From an uncultured Moraxellaceae bacterium (GTDB taxonomy: Bacteria; Pseudomonadota; Gammaproteobacteria; Pseudomonadales; Moraxellaceae): a stretch of DNA of 64,000 nucleotides. Below, in pieces: positions 1-10,354 of the stretch. The notes beneath the pieces are model-generated. The model worked only from the letters and a program-made list of their open reading frames with translations, was not told where the DNA came from and searched no databases. Both the position numbers and the translations under genes were made by a program. Positions within the stretch are counted from its first letter, which is position 1, and every line of letters begins with the position of its first letter. The DNA is taken from assembly GCA_964373105.1 (NCBI GenBank), contig CAYJTU010000001.1:5217-69216 (forward strand). Reading direction: 5' to 3'.

Positions 1-145
1 ATTGACGAGGGGTTGACGACATGCAGGCATTCTCCAAAAAGCAAAGCGGGATCGACCATCGATAGCACTCATGCATCTCGAAAATGACGATAAAAAGAGC
101 GAAAAGAGTGATCTAAAGCGGACTATCTGAGAATAATATGGCAAT

Positions 146-174
146 TGAGATCGATTATCAACGATTGATTATCA
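146..174. promoter_or_regulatory. Fur-like box upstream of the DUF4198 gene
   Basis: TGAGATC-G-ATTATCA at 146-160 matches the 7-1-7 consensus TGATAAT-N-ATTATCA at 11/14; a second ATTATCA half-site lies at 168-174. Confidence 0.4.
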
Positions 175-241
175 TGAGCTGTTTCTGTACGCTGCAATGG
201 CATTCAAAATAGCTGACATCGTGCTGATCAAGGAATCTTTC

Positions 242-1162
242 ATGCTGCAATCTTTTACAGGCTCTCCCCTTAAATTTACCTATCTGCTGATGGTGTTAGG
301 TCTGATTTCGATCGCAAACCGCGTTGTAGCCGCCCCTTTTTTACTGCCTGAGCAGTTCGATATTGATGTGAGGACCACCAGTATCAGCATTCAAAGTGGA
401 CTGACAGGCGATAGTTTCTTTGTACCCAATCGTAATTTTAAAACCGAGTTTAATGTGACGACGCCAGATGGCCAAAGCAAAATATTGCCTGTCAGTGCGG
501 AGCTGAAAAAATTTAGTTTGATAGAAGCCGATGTCAGCCAGAGTGGGACGTATGTGATCCAAACGACCAATACGGCACTGATCCCGACCCGTTATGTGCA
601 AGTCGATGGCCAGTGGCTCAGAGTCGTGCCCGCCAGACCGATGGCGGGCATGAAAGAGATGCCCAAGAAAGAGTCTGCGGATAAAGCGGATGCGGTCAAG
701 ACGGCTCCTGTTAAAGCACCAACATCGATCGCCGAGGATAAACTACCTGCAGATGCCAAGTTGTATACCAGCAATGGACTGAATAAAGCCGTGACCTATG
801 TGACCAAGGGCGCACCTGCAGCTTTTGCTGCATGGACGAATAAAGGCTTTGAAGTTAGGCCTGTGACGCATCCGAGTGAAGCCTATGTGACCGATGGCTT
901 TGAGTTTGAAGCGCGATTTGATGGCAAGCCTATCGCCGGATTGACGTTCGATGTTGCGCGCGGTGTGAGTCAATATGACAAAGAAGGCAAACGCGAGCGT
1001 CCTGATGTCATTACCGACCTAAAAGGTCATGGCAAGGTGAGTTTTGAGCAGCCGGGCGTCTATTTGATTGCCACAACGTATCCAAAGGCCACGACTGATC
1101 GTACGGTGCAGCCGCCTGCACAGACGGTAAATTTTGGCTTAACGATTGAAGTAGCACCGTAA
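242..1162 (+). CDS. DUF4198-family periplasmic protein (putative metal-uptake associated); ORF track opens at 197, start at 242 preferred
   Basis: Signal peptide followed by PFLLPEQFD; C-terminal TDLKGHGKVSFEQPGVYLI resembles DUF4198. Confidence 0.65.
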   Translation: MLQSFTGSPLKFTYLLMVLGLISIANRVVAAPFLLPEQFDIDVRTTSISIQSGLTGDSFFVPNRNFKTEFNVTTPDGQSKILPVSAELKKFSLIEADVSQSGTYVIQTTNTALIPTRYVQVDGQWLRVVPARPMAGMKEMPKKESADKADAVKTAPVKAPTSIAEDKLPADAKLYTSNGLNKAVTYVTKGAPAAFAAWTNKGFEVRPVTHPSEAYVTDGFEFEARFDGKPIAGLTFDVARGVSQYDKEGKRERPDVITDLKGHGKVSFEQPGVYLIATTYPKATTDRTVQPPAQTVNFGLTIEVAP

Positions 1163-1274
1163 TTAAGACTGGTGCCGCCGTGATTTTTAACGTATTTACC
1201 CAAAACGAGCCTTCGTTTTGCTGTGTCATTTGGGTCTATAATCAGATGATAAGCCCAGATGGGGGCACATAAGA

Positions 1275-1901
1275 ATGAAGGAATACAAAATGACGCAAAT
1301 TGTTCCAACATTAGGTGCGAACATTCCTCAGCGCGGTACGCCGTGGAGCCGTGCTTTTTGGACAAACCTCGTGCGACTACAGGGATGGAAAGTCGTCGGT
1401 GAAGTGCCTAATATTCCAAAAGCGGTGATGATCGGCGCCCCCCATACGTCGAATCAAGATGGCGTCATTGGGCTGCAAATCGTTCTGGCGATGGGCTTAG
1501 AAATCCATCTGATGGCTAAAAATAGCCTTTATCGACCTCCACTGCGCGCCGTGATGGATTGGTTGAAACTGATGCCGATAGATCGGACGACCTCACATGG
1601 TCTGGTTGAGCAAATGTGCGATGCGTTTGCAACACATGATCAATTTTGGTTAGGACTTGCCCCTGAAGGGACGCGTGACTCCTCGGAAACATGGAAAAGT
1701 GGCTTTTATCGCATCGCCGATGCGGCAAAAGTCCCGATCGGGTTGGTGGGGTTTGATTTTAAAAATAAACAGGTGAAATTTTTGGGCCGCTTTGAACCAA
1801 CGGGTGATTTTGATGCTGATTTGCCTAAGATCTTGGCATTCTACAAAAACACCTCACCCGCCAACCCAGAGCGTCTTTCCAAGCCACTGCGTATGCTCTA
1901 G
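1275..1901 (+). CDS. 1-acyl-sn-glycerol-3-phosphate acyltransferase family (PlsC-like)
   Basis: PHTSNQD (HxxxxD), LAPEGTR and WKSGFY motifs. Confidence 0.9.
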   Translation: MKEYKMTQIVPTLGANIPQRGTPWSRAFWTNLVRLQGWKVVGEVPNIPKAVMIGAPHTSNQDGVIGLQIVLAMGLEIHLMAKNSLYRPPLRAVMDWLKLMPIDRTTSHGLVEQMCDAFATHDQFWLGLAPEGTRDSSETWKSGFYRIADAAKVPIGLVGFDFKNKQVKFLGRFEPTGDFDADLPKILAFYKNTSPANPERLSKPLRML

Positions 1902-2007
1902 AGTACGTCCATGACAGGTCGATTTTTCAAAAAAAAAAATCTGATCCCCCATTTCAGTTTTAAAAAGACATCTAAAATCCTTTAAGCCATGGTACGAGAG
2001 TGAAGTA

Positions 2008-2937
2008 ATGCGTGTTCATCAGCAAATGAAATCAGTGGGTTGGGTCGCAGCGATAGGTTTAAGTGTGGCGGTGCTGAGTGGCTGTACGACTACACCCCCT
2101 CCGGCATTGGTTGTTCAGCCGCGTCAGCCGATTATCGCCTTAGCATTAGGCGGCGGCGGCGCCAAAGGCTTTGCCCATATCGGGATTATCAAAGTCCTTG
2201 AGTCGCACGGTATTCGTCCACAAATCGTAACAGGGACTAGTGCAGGTAGCTTTGTGGGCAGTTTATATGCCAGTGGCATGACCCCATACCTATTGCAAGA
2301 AACTGCATTGTCGCTGAAAGAATCCGATATTCGCGATATGACGCTGAGCAGCCAGGGCTTTATCATTGGTCAAAAACTGCAAGACTACGTCAATCTAAAA
2401 GTGAATCAAAAGCCGATGGAGCAATTTCCGATTCGCTTCGCAGCGGTGGCTACCCAACTTGATACGGGTGCGCGGACGGTCTTCACGCGGGGTAATACCG
2501 GTCAGGCGGTACGTGCTTCCTGCAGTATCCCCAATGTATTTATTCCTGCAACGATTGGCGGTAAGAAGTATGTCGACGGTGGCCTCGTCAGTCCAATCCC
2601 TGTCGCCGCTGCACGTGAAATGGGTGCGGATATCGTGATCGCTGTGGATATTTCTGCACGACCTAAAGCGGGTCAATCTTCCAATGTCTTGGGTGTGCTC
2701 GATCAGACGTTTAATATCATGGGTCAGCAAGGGATCGATAAAGAACTTGCACAGGCCAATGTGATCATCAAGCCCAATGTCGGTAATGTCGGGGTGCTCG
2801 ACTTAAATAGTCGCCAACAAAGCATTTTGGAAGGGGAGCGCTCTGCACAGGTGCAGCTCGCGGCGATCGACAAGGCGTTGGCTCAGTTTAAAGCTTCTGC
2901 TGCAGCACGTCAGCCTGCAAATAAACCCAGACTCTAA
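2008..2937 (+). CDS. Patatin-like phospholipase, predicted lipoprotein
   Basis: GGGGAKG, GTSAG and DGG motifs; lipobox VLSGC. Confidence 0.9.
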   Translation: MRVHQQMKSVGWVAAIGLSVAVLSGCTTTPPPALVVQPRQPIIALALGGGGAKGFAHIGIIKVLESHGIRPQIVTGTSAGSFVGSLYASGMTPYLLQETALSLKESDIRDMTLSSQGFIIGQKLQDYVNLKVNQKPMEQFPIRFAAVATQLDTGARTVFTRGNTGQAVRASCSIPNVFIPATIGGKKYVDGGLVSPIPVAAAREMGADIVIAVDISARPKAGQSSNVLGVLDQTFNIMGQQGIDKELAQANVIIKPNVGNVGVLDLNSRQQSILEGERSAQVQLAAIDKALAQFKASAAARQPANKPRL

Positions 2938-2944
2938 AATGGTA

Positions 2945-3001
2945 CGCCTGAAGAAAAGAACCCCGTGACTTGCTCAGTTACGGGGTTCTTTTCTTCAGGC
3001 G
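2945..3001. terminator. Bidirectional intrinsic terminator between patatin and the TonB-dependent receptor
   Basis: Long inverted repeat cgcctgaagaaaagaaccccgt...acggggttcttttcttcaggcg between convergent genes. Confidence 0.85.
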
Positions 3002-3007
3002 CTGTTT

Positions 3008-5152
3008 TTAGAAGCGCTTTTCAACCGTGAGCAACAGATTGGGCACGGTTTCGGTTTTACGACTTTGAAAAAATGCACCGTCCGTATTGTCCAGTTCTGA
3101 ATATTGATCAGTACTGAGTAGATTACGTGCTGCAAACGTCACCGCCCAGCCATCGTTAAAGCGCTTGGTGGTACTGATATCAAGGCTGGTGCGTGCGTTT
3201 AAGCGACTGACATAGGATTGTCCTTGTACAGGGCTTTCATAGGCGGGGGTATAGCCGAGATTAACATTGGCTAGCCAGCGCAGCGGTTTGTATTGGTAGG
3301 ATACACCTACACTGGCTGTGTAAGGCGCTACGCCACTGGCATGCTGATCGGCCATACCATCACTTTGTAAGATCGCTCGGATGGTAGAGACTTGGCCATT
3401 GATCAGCAGTTTGTGGTCCTTGCCGACTGGAACGTTCCAGCGTCCATCAAGTTCTACGCCTGTTGCGATGGCATCACCTTGGTTCTGGGGACTCTGGATA
3501 TAGCGGCCATTGCTGAAGGTCAGGACGTTGCCGATATAGTTACTGATGTCGCGATAGAAGCCCGTCAAGTTAAAACCACCATCCGGTGAGTTGTAGGTCA
3601 AGGTACTCTCAAACGAACGAATGTCTTGCGGTTTAAGGTTGGGATTACCGCTGCTGTCTGGGTTATTCAGAGAGCCTGCATCGGCGCCGTTCGCCAGTGT
3701 GACTACAGGTGAAAGCTGTTGGGGTTGCGGGGTCTGGCTACTTTGGTTATACCCGGCTTGCAGTGACCACGCTTTATCAAATTGATATTTATAGAAAATA
3801 GCAGGATTGAGTGCTTGATGGTCATAGTCGACCAGTCCGCTGCGTTGCAGCCATTCTTGGCGTAGACCCGCAGTGAGGGTTTGATGTTCAGTGATTTTCC
3901 AGTTTTCCTCACCATAGAGCGCATATTTATTTTCTTGCAGACTCGCGACTTGGCTACTGTCGATCGTGGCCCACGAGTTTTGGAATCCATATTTGATTTC
4001 TTGGTTGCTCAGATCTTTGATGATGCCATCAAAGGCAGCCGAGTAAGTTTGACGCCCTTCATTGACTTGGCGGATACCATTGGAACGGTAGTCGGTTTCA
4101 TCTTCGTTTTGCCATTGCCCAGACAGTTTAAACATTTGTTTATTCACGCCGGGTGTACGTTCGAGCCGTAGACCCACGCGGGTATTATCGCCATTGACCT
4201 GTGATTGATCGGTGTTGGTTGAGCTGGTATTGCCTTGCTGACTATACATCACGTCCGAAGGTACTGTGGTGATCTCATCCCACTTATAGGTCATGCGCGT
4301 GCCAAACATCGCAAAATCATTGGCACTGGAACTGTTTTGCGTGGTGGATGTCAATCCAGTAGGCGTAGCATTGGTCAGCACGGCTTGGCTATCGCTGCTA
4401 TTGCGGTTGTAGGCCGCAGAGGTGCTATAGCTAAAATTGCCTGCTTTGCCATCCAATTGCAGATTCAGTTGGCGCTTATTATTGCCTAAGGTGTCATCGC
4501 CATAGGCGCCGTAGCCAGTCTTGACGGTGCCGGTAATGGGCGCGCTGGCATTTTGCCCACCTTTAAGAATGATATTAATCACGCCGCCTGATGCACCGGA
4601 GGCTTGGGTGACACTGGCTTGTTTGGTCACTTCGATACGATCAATCATATCGACACTGATGGTATCGACCATCGATGTCCCAGCCCGTTTACCTCCCTGA
4701 ATAGCCTCGCCATTGATCTGAATCACAGGCGGCACAGAGAGTCCGCGAAAAGATGAACGACCTGCACCACCACTGCCCATTTGAATGCCAGCGGCACGGC
4801 GGAGTGCATCCGTGACCGAGATATCACCATAATTAACCATTTCTGCTTGGGTGATCACGGTTTTACGGATGGCGCTGATTTCCGTAGGATCTTCTGTTTC
4901 TCGTTTTGCAGTGACGACAATCGTAGCGAGGACTTGATCATTGGTGCTGTCGTTGCTGTTGTTACGATTTTGCGGATTTGTGCTCGCGTCATCCCCAGAT
5001 GGGCGAGGCGCACTAGGATCCGTATGATCATTGCTGGACTGCACGGTTGTATTGGTCGTCGCAGATAACGCGGGATTGGTATCCGCATAAACCATACCAC
5101 CAAAACTGGCGGGAAAGAGCCCAATAAAAAATAAGCGATGCAGCTTAATCAT
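3008..5152 (-). CDS. TonB-dependent outer-membrane receptor (likely start MIKLHR at 5152)
   Basis: Signal peptide; TonB-box-like TIVVTA; plug motif IDRIEVTK...GGVINII; GNPNLKPQ; C-terminal Phe. Confidence 0.9.
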   Translation of the reverse strand: MIKLHRLFFIGLFPASFGGMVYADTNPALSATTNTTVQSSNDHTDPSAPRPSGDDASTNPQNRNNSNDSTNDQVLATIVVTAKRETEDPTEISAIRKTVITQAEMVNYGDISVTDALRRAAGIQMGSGGAGRSSFRGLSVPPVIQINGEAIQGGKRAGTSMVDTISVDMIDRIEVTKQASVTQASGASGGVINIILKGGQNASAPITGTVKTGYGAYGDDTLGNNKRQLNLQLDGKAGNFSYSTSAAYNRNSSDSQAVLTNATPTGLTSTTQNSSSANDFAMFGTRMTYKWDEITTVPSDVMYSQQGNTSSTNTDQSQVNGDNTRVGLRLERTPGVNKQMFKLSGQWQNEDETDYRSNGIRQVNEGRQTYSAAFDGIIKDLSNQEIKYGFQNSWATIDSSQVASLQENKYALYGEENWKITEHQTLTAGLRQEWLQRSGLVDYDHQALNPAIFYKYQFDKAWSLQAGYNQSSQTPQPQQLSPVVTLANGADAGSLNNPDSSGNPNLKPQDIRSFESTLTYNSPDGGFNLTGFYRDISNYIGNVLTFSNGRYIQSPQNQGDAIATGVELDGRWNVPVGKDHKLLINGQVSTIRAILQSDGMADQHASGVAPYTASVGVSYQYKPLRWLANVNLGYTPAYESPVQGQSYVSRLNARTSLDISTTKRFNDGWAVTFAARNLLSTDQYSELDNTDGAFFQSRKTETVPNLLLTVEKRF

Positions 5153-5313
5153 GGCAAATGTCTCGAAAAAACAGCAATAAAACCAGAGAGGGTATTTGAA
5201 ATTCATGGCCAGCATAAAGAGGAAAAGTGCAGAGAGCATGAATATTTTAAGGAGAGATAAAGATTTTTTGAGTTCAGAGTAAGCCCGCAAGCATCGGCAG
5301 TAGCAATATTAAG

Positions 5314-5339
5314 AATGATATTGAGAGTCGTTATCATTT
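5314..5339. promoter_or_regulatory. Fur-like box in the divergent receptor/tonB intergenic region
   Basis: TGAGAGT-C-GTTATCA at 5322-5336 (11/14 to consensus), inside the AATGATA...TATCATT inverted repeat. Confidence 0.6.
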
Positions 5340-5475
5340 ATTATGGACGGCGGTTTAAAATTGATCTTACCGCGTGAGATGAGTTTTAAGCCTTACGAAT
5401 TTTAAATACGATCACAATCGACCATCAGATTTTCATCTGCTGATTGTCGATGGATAGCGATCTTGGGATTAAATT

Positions 5476-6198
5476 ATGTCTTCCGCCATATTAAGTGCTG
5501 AGATTCATAACGTACAAGCACAGCAAACGCAGTCGATACATTCTCGTTCAAATACGCGTGTTATCGTGATTATAGCGCTGGTCGTATTTGCTCATGTTTT
5601 GACAGTGTTGGGGTTGGCGTTGATGAAATCAAACATCAAAGTTGTGCCTCCAAAGCCGATTGCGATACGTATGGTCTCAATCGTGCCTGAGCAGCCTAAA
5701 CCCGAACCGCCTAAGCCGAAAGTAGTACCTCTCGTCAAACCATTGCCGAAGCCCAAACCTTTACCGATTTTGGTCGCACCAAAAGCAGCGAAAAGCCCTG
5801 TAAGTGTTGTGCCAGTAGAAAAACCAATTGAGAAACCGATTGAGAATCCCGCACCCCCGGTAGAAATACCACCAGCACCCGCAGCAGCGCCAGCAAAAGC
5901 GGAGCCGGCGCCACCTAAAATGGTAGAAGGGGTTGCCTACTTGAAACAGCCAGAACCGATCTATCCTGAAGCTGCACGTGCTTCTGGCGATACGGGTAAA
6001 ACTATTGTACGTGCACTGATTAATGTCAATGGTCTGGTCGATGATGTCACAGTGAGAAAGACCTCTGGCAGTGCATTGTTAGATCGTGCTGCCTTACAAG
6101 CAGTCAAAAAAGCACGGTTTAAGCCTTATCGAGAAAATGGTCTAGCACAAGCGGTCTATACACTAATTCCAATCGAGTTCAATCTTGACCAAGATTAA
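5476..6198 (+). CDS. tonB: Energy transducer TonB
   Basis: N-terminal TM with His, Pro/Lys-rich linker, C-terminal PIYP...SGSALLDRAALQAVKKARFKP domain. Confidence 0.9.
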   Translation: MSSAILSAEIHNVQAQQTQSIHSRSNTRVIVIIALVVFAHVLTVLGLALMKSNIKVVPPKPIAIRMVSIVPEQPKPEPPKPKVVPLVKPLPKPKPLPILVAPKAAKSPVSVVPVEKPIEKPIENPAPPVEIPPAPAAAPAKAEPAPPKMVEGVAYLKQPEPIYPEAARASGDTGKTIVRALINVNGLVDDVTVRKTSGSALLDRAALQAVKKARFKPYRENGLAQAVYTLIPIEFNLDQD

Positions 6199-6260
6199 AA
6201 GTAGCTGATGTTAGCGTATGATCTATTTACATTGAAAAGATACCAATAAGGGTTGCGGTT

Positions 6261-6866
6261 ATGAGTTTTACAGATTTTTGGACACATGCGGATTTCTTAA
6301 GTAAATCATTGACTTTTATATTATTAATCATGTCGATCGCGACATGGACGATCGTGATTTTGCGTGTGCTGGCCACGCGTCAAGCCAACGTGACCTCGGT
6401 CACCGCGTTGAATCAATCTGTGGCGGATGTTGCTGTGCGTAGCGCGAATTTATCGCTTGAAAACCGCCGTGATGTTGCAGAGCAAGCCCTACTTCAACAA
6501 TTAGCCCGCACACGTAACGATGTGGAGCGAGGGGTATCGATTTTGGGCACCATTGCTTCGGTATCACCGTTTGTCGGGCTCTTCGGTACCGTGTGGGGGA
6601 TTTTCCATGCGCTTGCGGCGATTGGTCAGTCTGGTCAGGCAGGGCTTGCGCAAGTTGCAGGTCCAGTCGGTGAAGCGCTGATTATGACCGGATTGGGTTT
6701 GGCGGTTGCGATTCCTGCAGTCTTGGCCTACAACTTGTGTGTGCGTCTCAATCGTGTACTGCTGAACAAACTCCACGATCAAGCGCATAGTTTGTTGGTG
6801 GAAGAGTTACTGGCACCGAATAAAGCCGTTCAACTGGGCAAAGCACCGCTCGGAGGTCAGGTCTGA
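6261..6866 (+). CDS. exbB: ExbB (MotA/TolQ/ExbB proton channel)
   Basis: LGTIASVSPFVGLFGTVWGI and GEALIMTGLGLAVAIPA motifs. Confidence 0.92.
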   Translation: MSFTDFWTHADFLSKSLTFILLIMSIATWTIVILRVLATRQANVTSVTALNQSVADVAVRSANLSLENRRDVAEQALLQQLARTRNDVERGVSILGTIASVSPFVGLFGTVWGIFHALAAIGQSGQAGLAQVAGPVGEALIMTGLGLAVAIPAVLAYNLCVRLNRVLLNKLHDQAHSLLVEELLAPNKAVQLGKAPLGGQV

Positions 6867-7276
6867 TGGGTTTCCATTTGGGTGATGACACCGATCAAGG
6901 CATGAGTGAGATTAATCTCATCCCGCTGATCGATATTATGCTCGTGCTGATGATTATCTTTTTGGTGACTGCGACGATCGTGAATCCTGCAGTGAAGCTG
7001 AATTTACCGAAAGCAGATGCTGCGATCGTCCCGGATCAACCCGAGGTCGTAACGCTCAGCATCGATGCCAAGGGGGTGATTCACTGGAATCAAGATGTCG
7101 TCAGTTTGGATGAAGTGGCCAAGCGGATGAATACGGCTGCGCAAGCCGCGACCAAGCCCTCTTTGCATTTGCGGACCGATCGCGAGGCCAAGTACGATAC
7201 GCTTGCACAGGTTCTTGCACGGGCAAACCAAGCCGGTTTAACCGATTTGGCGTTTGTCAGTGAGGCGACTCATTAA
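6866..7276 (+). CDS. exbD: ExbD/TolR biopolymer transport protein
   Basis: SEINLIPLIDIMLVLMIIF motif; start overlaps exbB stop. Confidence 0.92.
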   Translation: MGFHLGDDTDQGMSEINLIPLIDIMLVLMIIFLVTATIVNPAVKLNLPKADAAIVPDQPEVVTLSIDAKGVIHWNQDVVSLDEVAKRMNTAAQAATKPSLHLRTDREAKYDTLAQVLARANQAGLTDLAFVSEATH

Positions 7277-7287
7277 GATTGCGTTCA

Positions 7288-7497
7288 TCACAGACGAATA
7301 AAATACGGGATTGCCATCAGCACGCTGCCAATCCCGACGATCGCATAGCTATCTGAGATGAAATACGGAAAGACCATCAGGAGCAGTCCGCAGATCAGCG
7401 GCACGAGTGCATGTTGTTTACTGCCATAGAAAAAGAAAACAAATCCAATCGCACCGAATAGTAAGCCCCATAACCACGCAGCGGTATCCATCAGCAA
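7288..7497 (-). CDS. Small hydrophobic membrane protein (about 69 aa), function unknown
   Basis: Three hydrophobic segments with LLFGAIG..FFYG and LMVFPYF; fills the gap downstream of the LOG gene. Confidence 0.6.
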   Translation of the reverse strand: MLMDTAAWLWGLLFGAIGFVFFFYGSKQHALVPLICGLLLMVFPYFISDSYAIVGIGSVLMAIPYFIRL

Positions 7498-7524
7498 TCC
7501 TTTTCTTCAATGCCGTGTCGTAGG

Positions 7525-8121
7525 CTAAGTCGCAGCTAGATCTAATTTGACGGCAAGGGGTGATGTGATGGGAGGTGTATAGAGCGCCATCCGATCCAGA
7601 ATTTTAGCTGGATCTTGCTCCACCATGAGCAGTTCTCGATGCGGCGGTTTGACGAAACCTTCTTCTGAGGCATGATTTAAGAAGGCAATCAATTGATCAT
7701 AGTAACCTGCGACATTGAGCAGGCCGCAGGGTTTATGATGAAAACCCAACTGTGACCATGTCCATACTTCAAATAACTCTTCAAAGGTCCCAATCCCACC
7801 CGGCAGGGCAATGAAGCCATCAGAATGCTCTGCCATGAGCGCTTTACGGTCATGCATCGACTTGGTGACATGCAGTTCAGTGAGGCCTTGATGGGCGACT
7901 TCTTTGAGCAGCAAACCTTCAGGAATGACACCAATCACACGTCCGCCTTGTGCCAGCATTTGATTTGCCACTGCACCCATGACACCAATCTGTGCGCCGC
8001 CATAAACCAGTCCAATATTTCGCTCTACAAGCACATCAGCTAAGCGTTCAGCACTTTCGACATAAGCGGGATTGCGACCACTGCTTGAACCGCAATACAC
8101 GCAAATATTTTTTAGATTCAT
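7525..8121 (-). CDS. LOG-family nucleotide phosphoribohydrolase (Rossmann fold)
   Basis: ICVYCGSS, LVYGG and PGGIGTFEE motifs. Confidence 0.92.
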   Translation of the reverse strand: MNLKNICVYCGSSSGRNPAYVESAERLADVLVERNIGLVYGGAQIGVMGAVANQMLAQGGRVIGVIPEGLLLKEVAHQGLTELHVTKSMHDRKALMAEHSDGFIALPGGIGTFEELFEVWTWSQLGFHHKPCGLLNVAGYYDQLIAFLNHASEEGFVKPPHRELLMVEQDPAKILDRMALYTPPITSPLAVKLDLAAT

Positions 8122-8183
8122 ATGTGACCTCGATTCAAAGTAGGCTGCGTCGCCTAATATTTATTGCAGAAGTCGCGACGTTG

Positions 8184-8729
8184 CTAAATCATCTCTTCAG
8201 AGAAGTATTGCTTGAGTTTGGCAAGCTTCGGTGGAATGGCGAAACTACAGTAGCCTTGCTCAGGGTTTTTGGCGTAGAAATTCTGATGATACTCTTCTGC
8301 AGGGTAGAAGATCGGTGCCGGTGCGAGTTCGGTGACGACATTAATGCCACTGGCTTTGAGTTCAGCAATTTTTGCCGTCGCAATTTCTTTTTGAGCTTCA
8401 CTGACATAGAAAATCACTGAACGGTATTGGGTGCCGATATCATTGCCTTGACGGTTGAGTGTGGTAGGGTCATGAGTGGCAAAGAAAATATCAAGGACGC
8501 GCTCATAAGGAATCTGAGAAGGGTCAAAGTCGATGGCGATGACTTCCGCATGCCCAGTCGCGCCACTGCAGACTTGCTCGTAGCTTGGGTTTGGACGTGC
8601 ACCGCCCGCGTAACCACTGATGACCGCTTCTACACCGCGAACGGCGCGAAATACCGATTCACTACACCAAAAACAACCGCCACCCACAACCGCACGTTCG
8701 AGATGAGCAGGAGGGCTAGTAAGTGTCAT
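8184..8729 (-). CDS. msrA: Peptide methionine sulfoxide reductase MsrA (start MTLTS at 8729)
   Basis: GGGCFWC active site, [31 protein letters not shown]. Confidence 0.95.
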   Translation of the reverse strand: MTLTSPPAHLERAVVGGGCFWCSESVFRAVRGVEAVISGYAGGARPNPSYEQVCSGATGHAEVIAIDFDPSQIPYERVLDIFFATHDPTTLNRQGNDIGTQYRSVIFYVSEAQKEIATAKIAELKASGINVVTELAPAPIFYPAEEYHQNFYAKNPEQGYCSFAIPPKLAKLKQYFSEEMI

Positions 8730-8841
8730 GGCTAAGTTCCTTATTTGAGATGGGTAATGGGTATACTTTGACGTTATCACATCGTCGATCACGCAGGGAT
8801 AGCGATTGCGTTGAAGCAATGTTACCGAGCATGACCGTGAA

Positions 8842-9387
8842 TCAACCGTTTGTTTTACGATAGGTTTCAAAGCGAAAGTTGATCCCGCTTTTTTCATCTT
8901 TCAAGATACTGCGATCAAATACCGGATTAGGATCAATCGCCCATGTGCTTGGAATTTCAGGATAGTGAGCTGCACCTTGAACATCCAGATCGACATGGGT
9001 GATTTCTAAACGATCTGCAATGGGTAGAGTGAGATTAAATAATTCACCACCCCCAATCACATAAATCGCCGATTGACCACGTGTAATGGCATCCTGAGCC
9101 GCACCCGTAAGTAAAACATCAAGTGACTGCCTGACTTGAACGCCATCATGCTGCCAGTCGCTTTGGCGGGTTAGCACCCAGTGGCTGCGATTGGGCAATA
9201 AGCGTCCGAGGGAGTCAAAAGTTTTGCGCCCCATGACGATCACACCGCCTTGGGTAATCTGTTTAAAATGCTGTAAATCGGCTGGAATATGCCAAGGCAG
9301 TTGATTGTCTATACCAATGCAGTGTTTGTTATCCATCGCGACGACATGGACGATTTCAATCGAAGTTCCCGCGCTATTCAAACTCAT
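8842..9387 (-). CDS. folA: Dihydrofolate reductase
   Basis: [33 protein letters not shown]; follows thyA. Confidence 0.95.
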   Translation of the reverse strand: MSLNSAGTSIEIVHVVAMDNKHCIGIDNQLPWHIPADLQHFKQITQGGVIVMGRKTFDSLGRLLPNRSHWVLTRQSDWQHDGVQVRQSLDVLLTGAAQDAITRGQSAIYVIGGGELFNLTLPIADRLEITHVDLDVQGAAHYPEIPSTWAIDPNPVFDRSILKDEKSGINFRFETYRKTNG

Positions 9388-9451
9388 GAATCATCCTTAC
9401 TTTCTACGCTAGAGGGTTTAACAGAATAAACCCCATTCTTCAAAATATGAT

Positions 9452-10294
9452 TTAGACCGCAACGGCTGCTTTAATCGCGGGATGATGTTCATAATTGACC
9501 AGCTCTAAATCGGCATATTCAAATGCAAACAGATCTTTGATCTCAGGATTAATCTTTAAGGTCGGCAGAGCCAGCGGCTCGCGACTGAGTTGCAGTTGGG
9601 TTTGTTCAAAGTGATTGCTGTATAGATGGCTGTCGCCGCCTGTCCAGACAAACTCACCGACTTCTAGATCAGTGACTTGAGCAATTAAATGGGTGAGCAA
9701 GGCATAGCTTGCGATATTAAAGGGTACGCCTAAGAAGATATCGGCGCTGCGCTGATAAAGCTGGCAGGAGAGTTTGCCATTGGCGACATAGAACTGAAAC
9801 ATGGTATGGCAAGGCGGCAAGGCGACTTGCCCAGCTTCAGCTGGATTCCAGCCTGAGATGATCAGACGACGTGAGTCCGGGTTGGTTTTGATCTCATTGA
9901 TCAGCCAAGAAATCTGATCGAAGCCATCTTTGGCATAGCTGCCGTCGGCGTGTTTGGTTGCGCCGAAGTTACGCCATTGATGGCCGTAAACGGGCCCTAA
10001 ATCATCTTCAGCCCGTCCAAAACGTGCACATTGTTCCGCGGTTGCCCATTCGTTCCAAATGGAGACGCCATTGTCCTTGAGGTACTGGACATTGGTATCG
10101 CCTTTCAAGAACCACAGCAGTTCCACCGCGACCGATTTAAAGTGCACCCGCTTGGTGGTCAGGATTGGAAAGCCTTTTTGCAAGTCAAATCGCATTTGAT
10201 AGCCAAAAACAGAGCGCGTACCAGTGCCGGTACGGTCAGTTTTATCGACACCATGATCAAGCACATGGCGCATCAGATCGAGATAATTTTTCAT
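9452..10294 (-). CDS. thyA: Thymidylate synthase
   Basis: [30 protein letters not shown]. Confidence 0.97.
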   Translation of the reverse strand: MKNYLDLMRHVLDHGVDKTDRTGTGTRSVFGYQMRFDLQKGFPILTTKRVHFKSVAVELLWFLKGDTNVQYLKDNGVSIWNEWATAEQCARFGRAEDDLGPVYGHQWRNFGATKHADGSYAKDGFDQISWLINEIKTNPDSRRLIISGWNPAEAGQVALPPCHTMFQFYVANGKLSCQLYQRSADIFLGVPFNIASYALLTHLIAQVTDLEVGEFVWTGGDSHLYSNHFEQTQLQLSREPLALPTLKINPEIKDLFAFEYADLELVNYEHHPAIKAAVAV

Positions 10295-10354
10295 GCAATG
10301 TCCTGTTTTCACTGATAGTTTACAGTCTTTGTTACAAGCTTTTTTACTGACGTC

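Noticed and set aside
1-71. Possible minus-strand ORF start (MSAIDGRSRF...) running off the left edge
   Set aside because: Too short to evaluate and no recognisable motif.
1929-1939. A11 homopolymer upstream of the patatin gene as a phase-variation tract
   Set aside because: Intergenic and AT-rich context; single-genome data cannot show length variation.
8730-8897. N-terminal extension of the msrA ORF overlapping folA
   Set aside because: Overlaps the folA 3' end and has no MsrA similarity; the ATG at 8729 is more plausible.
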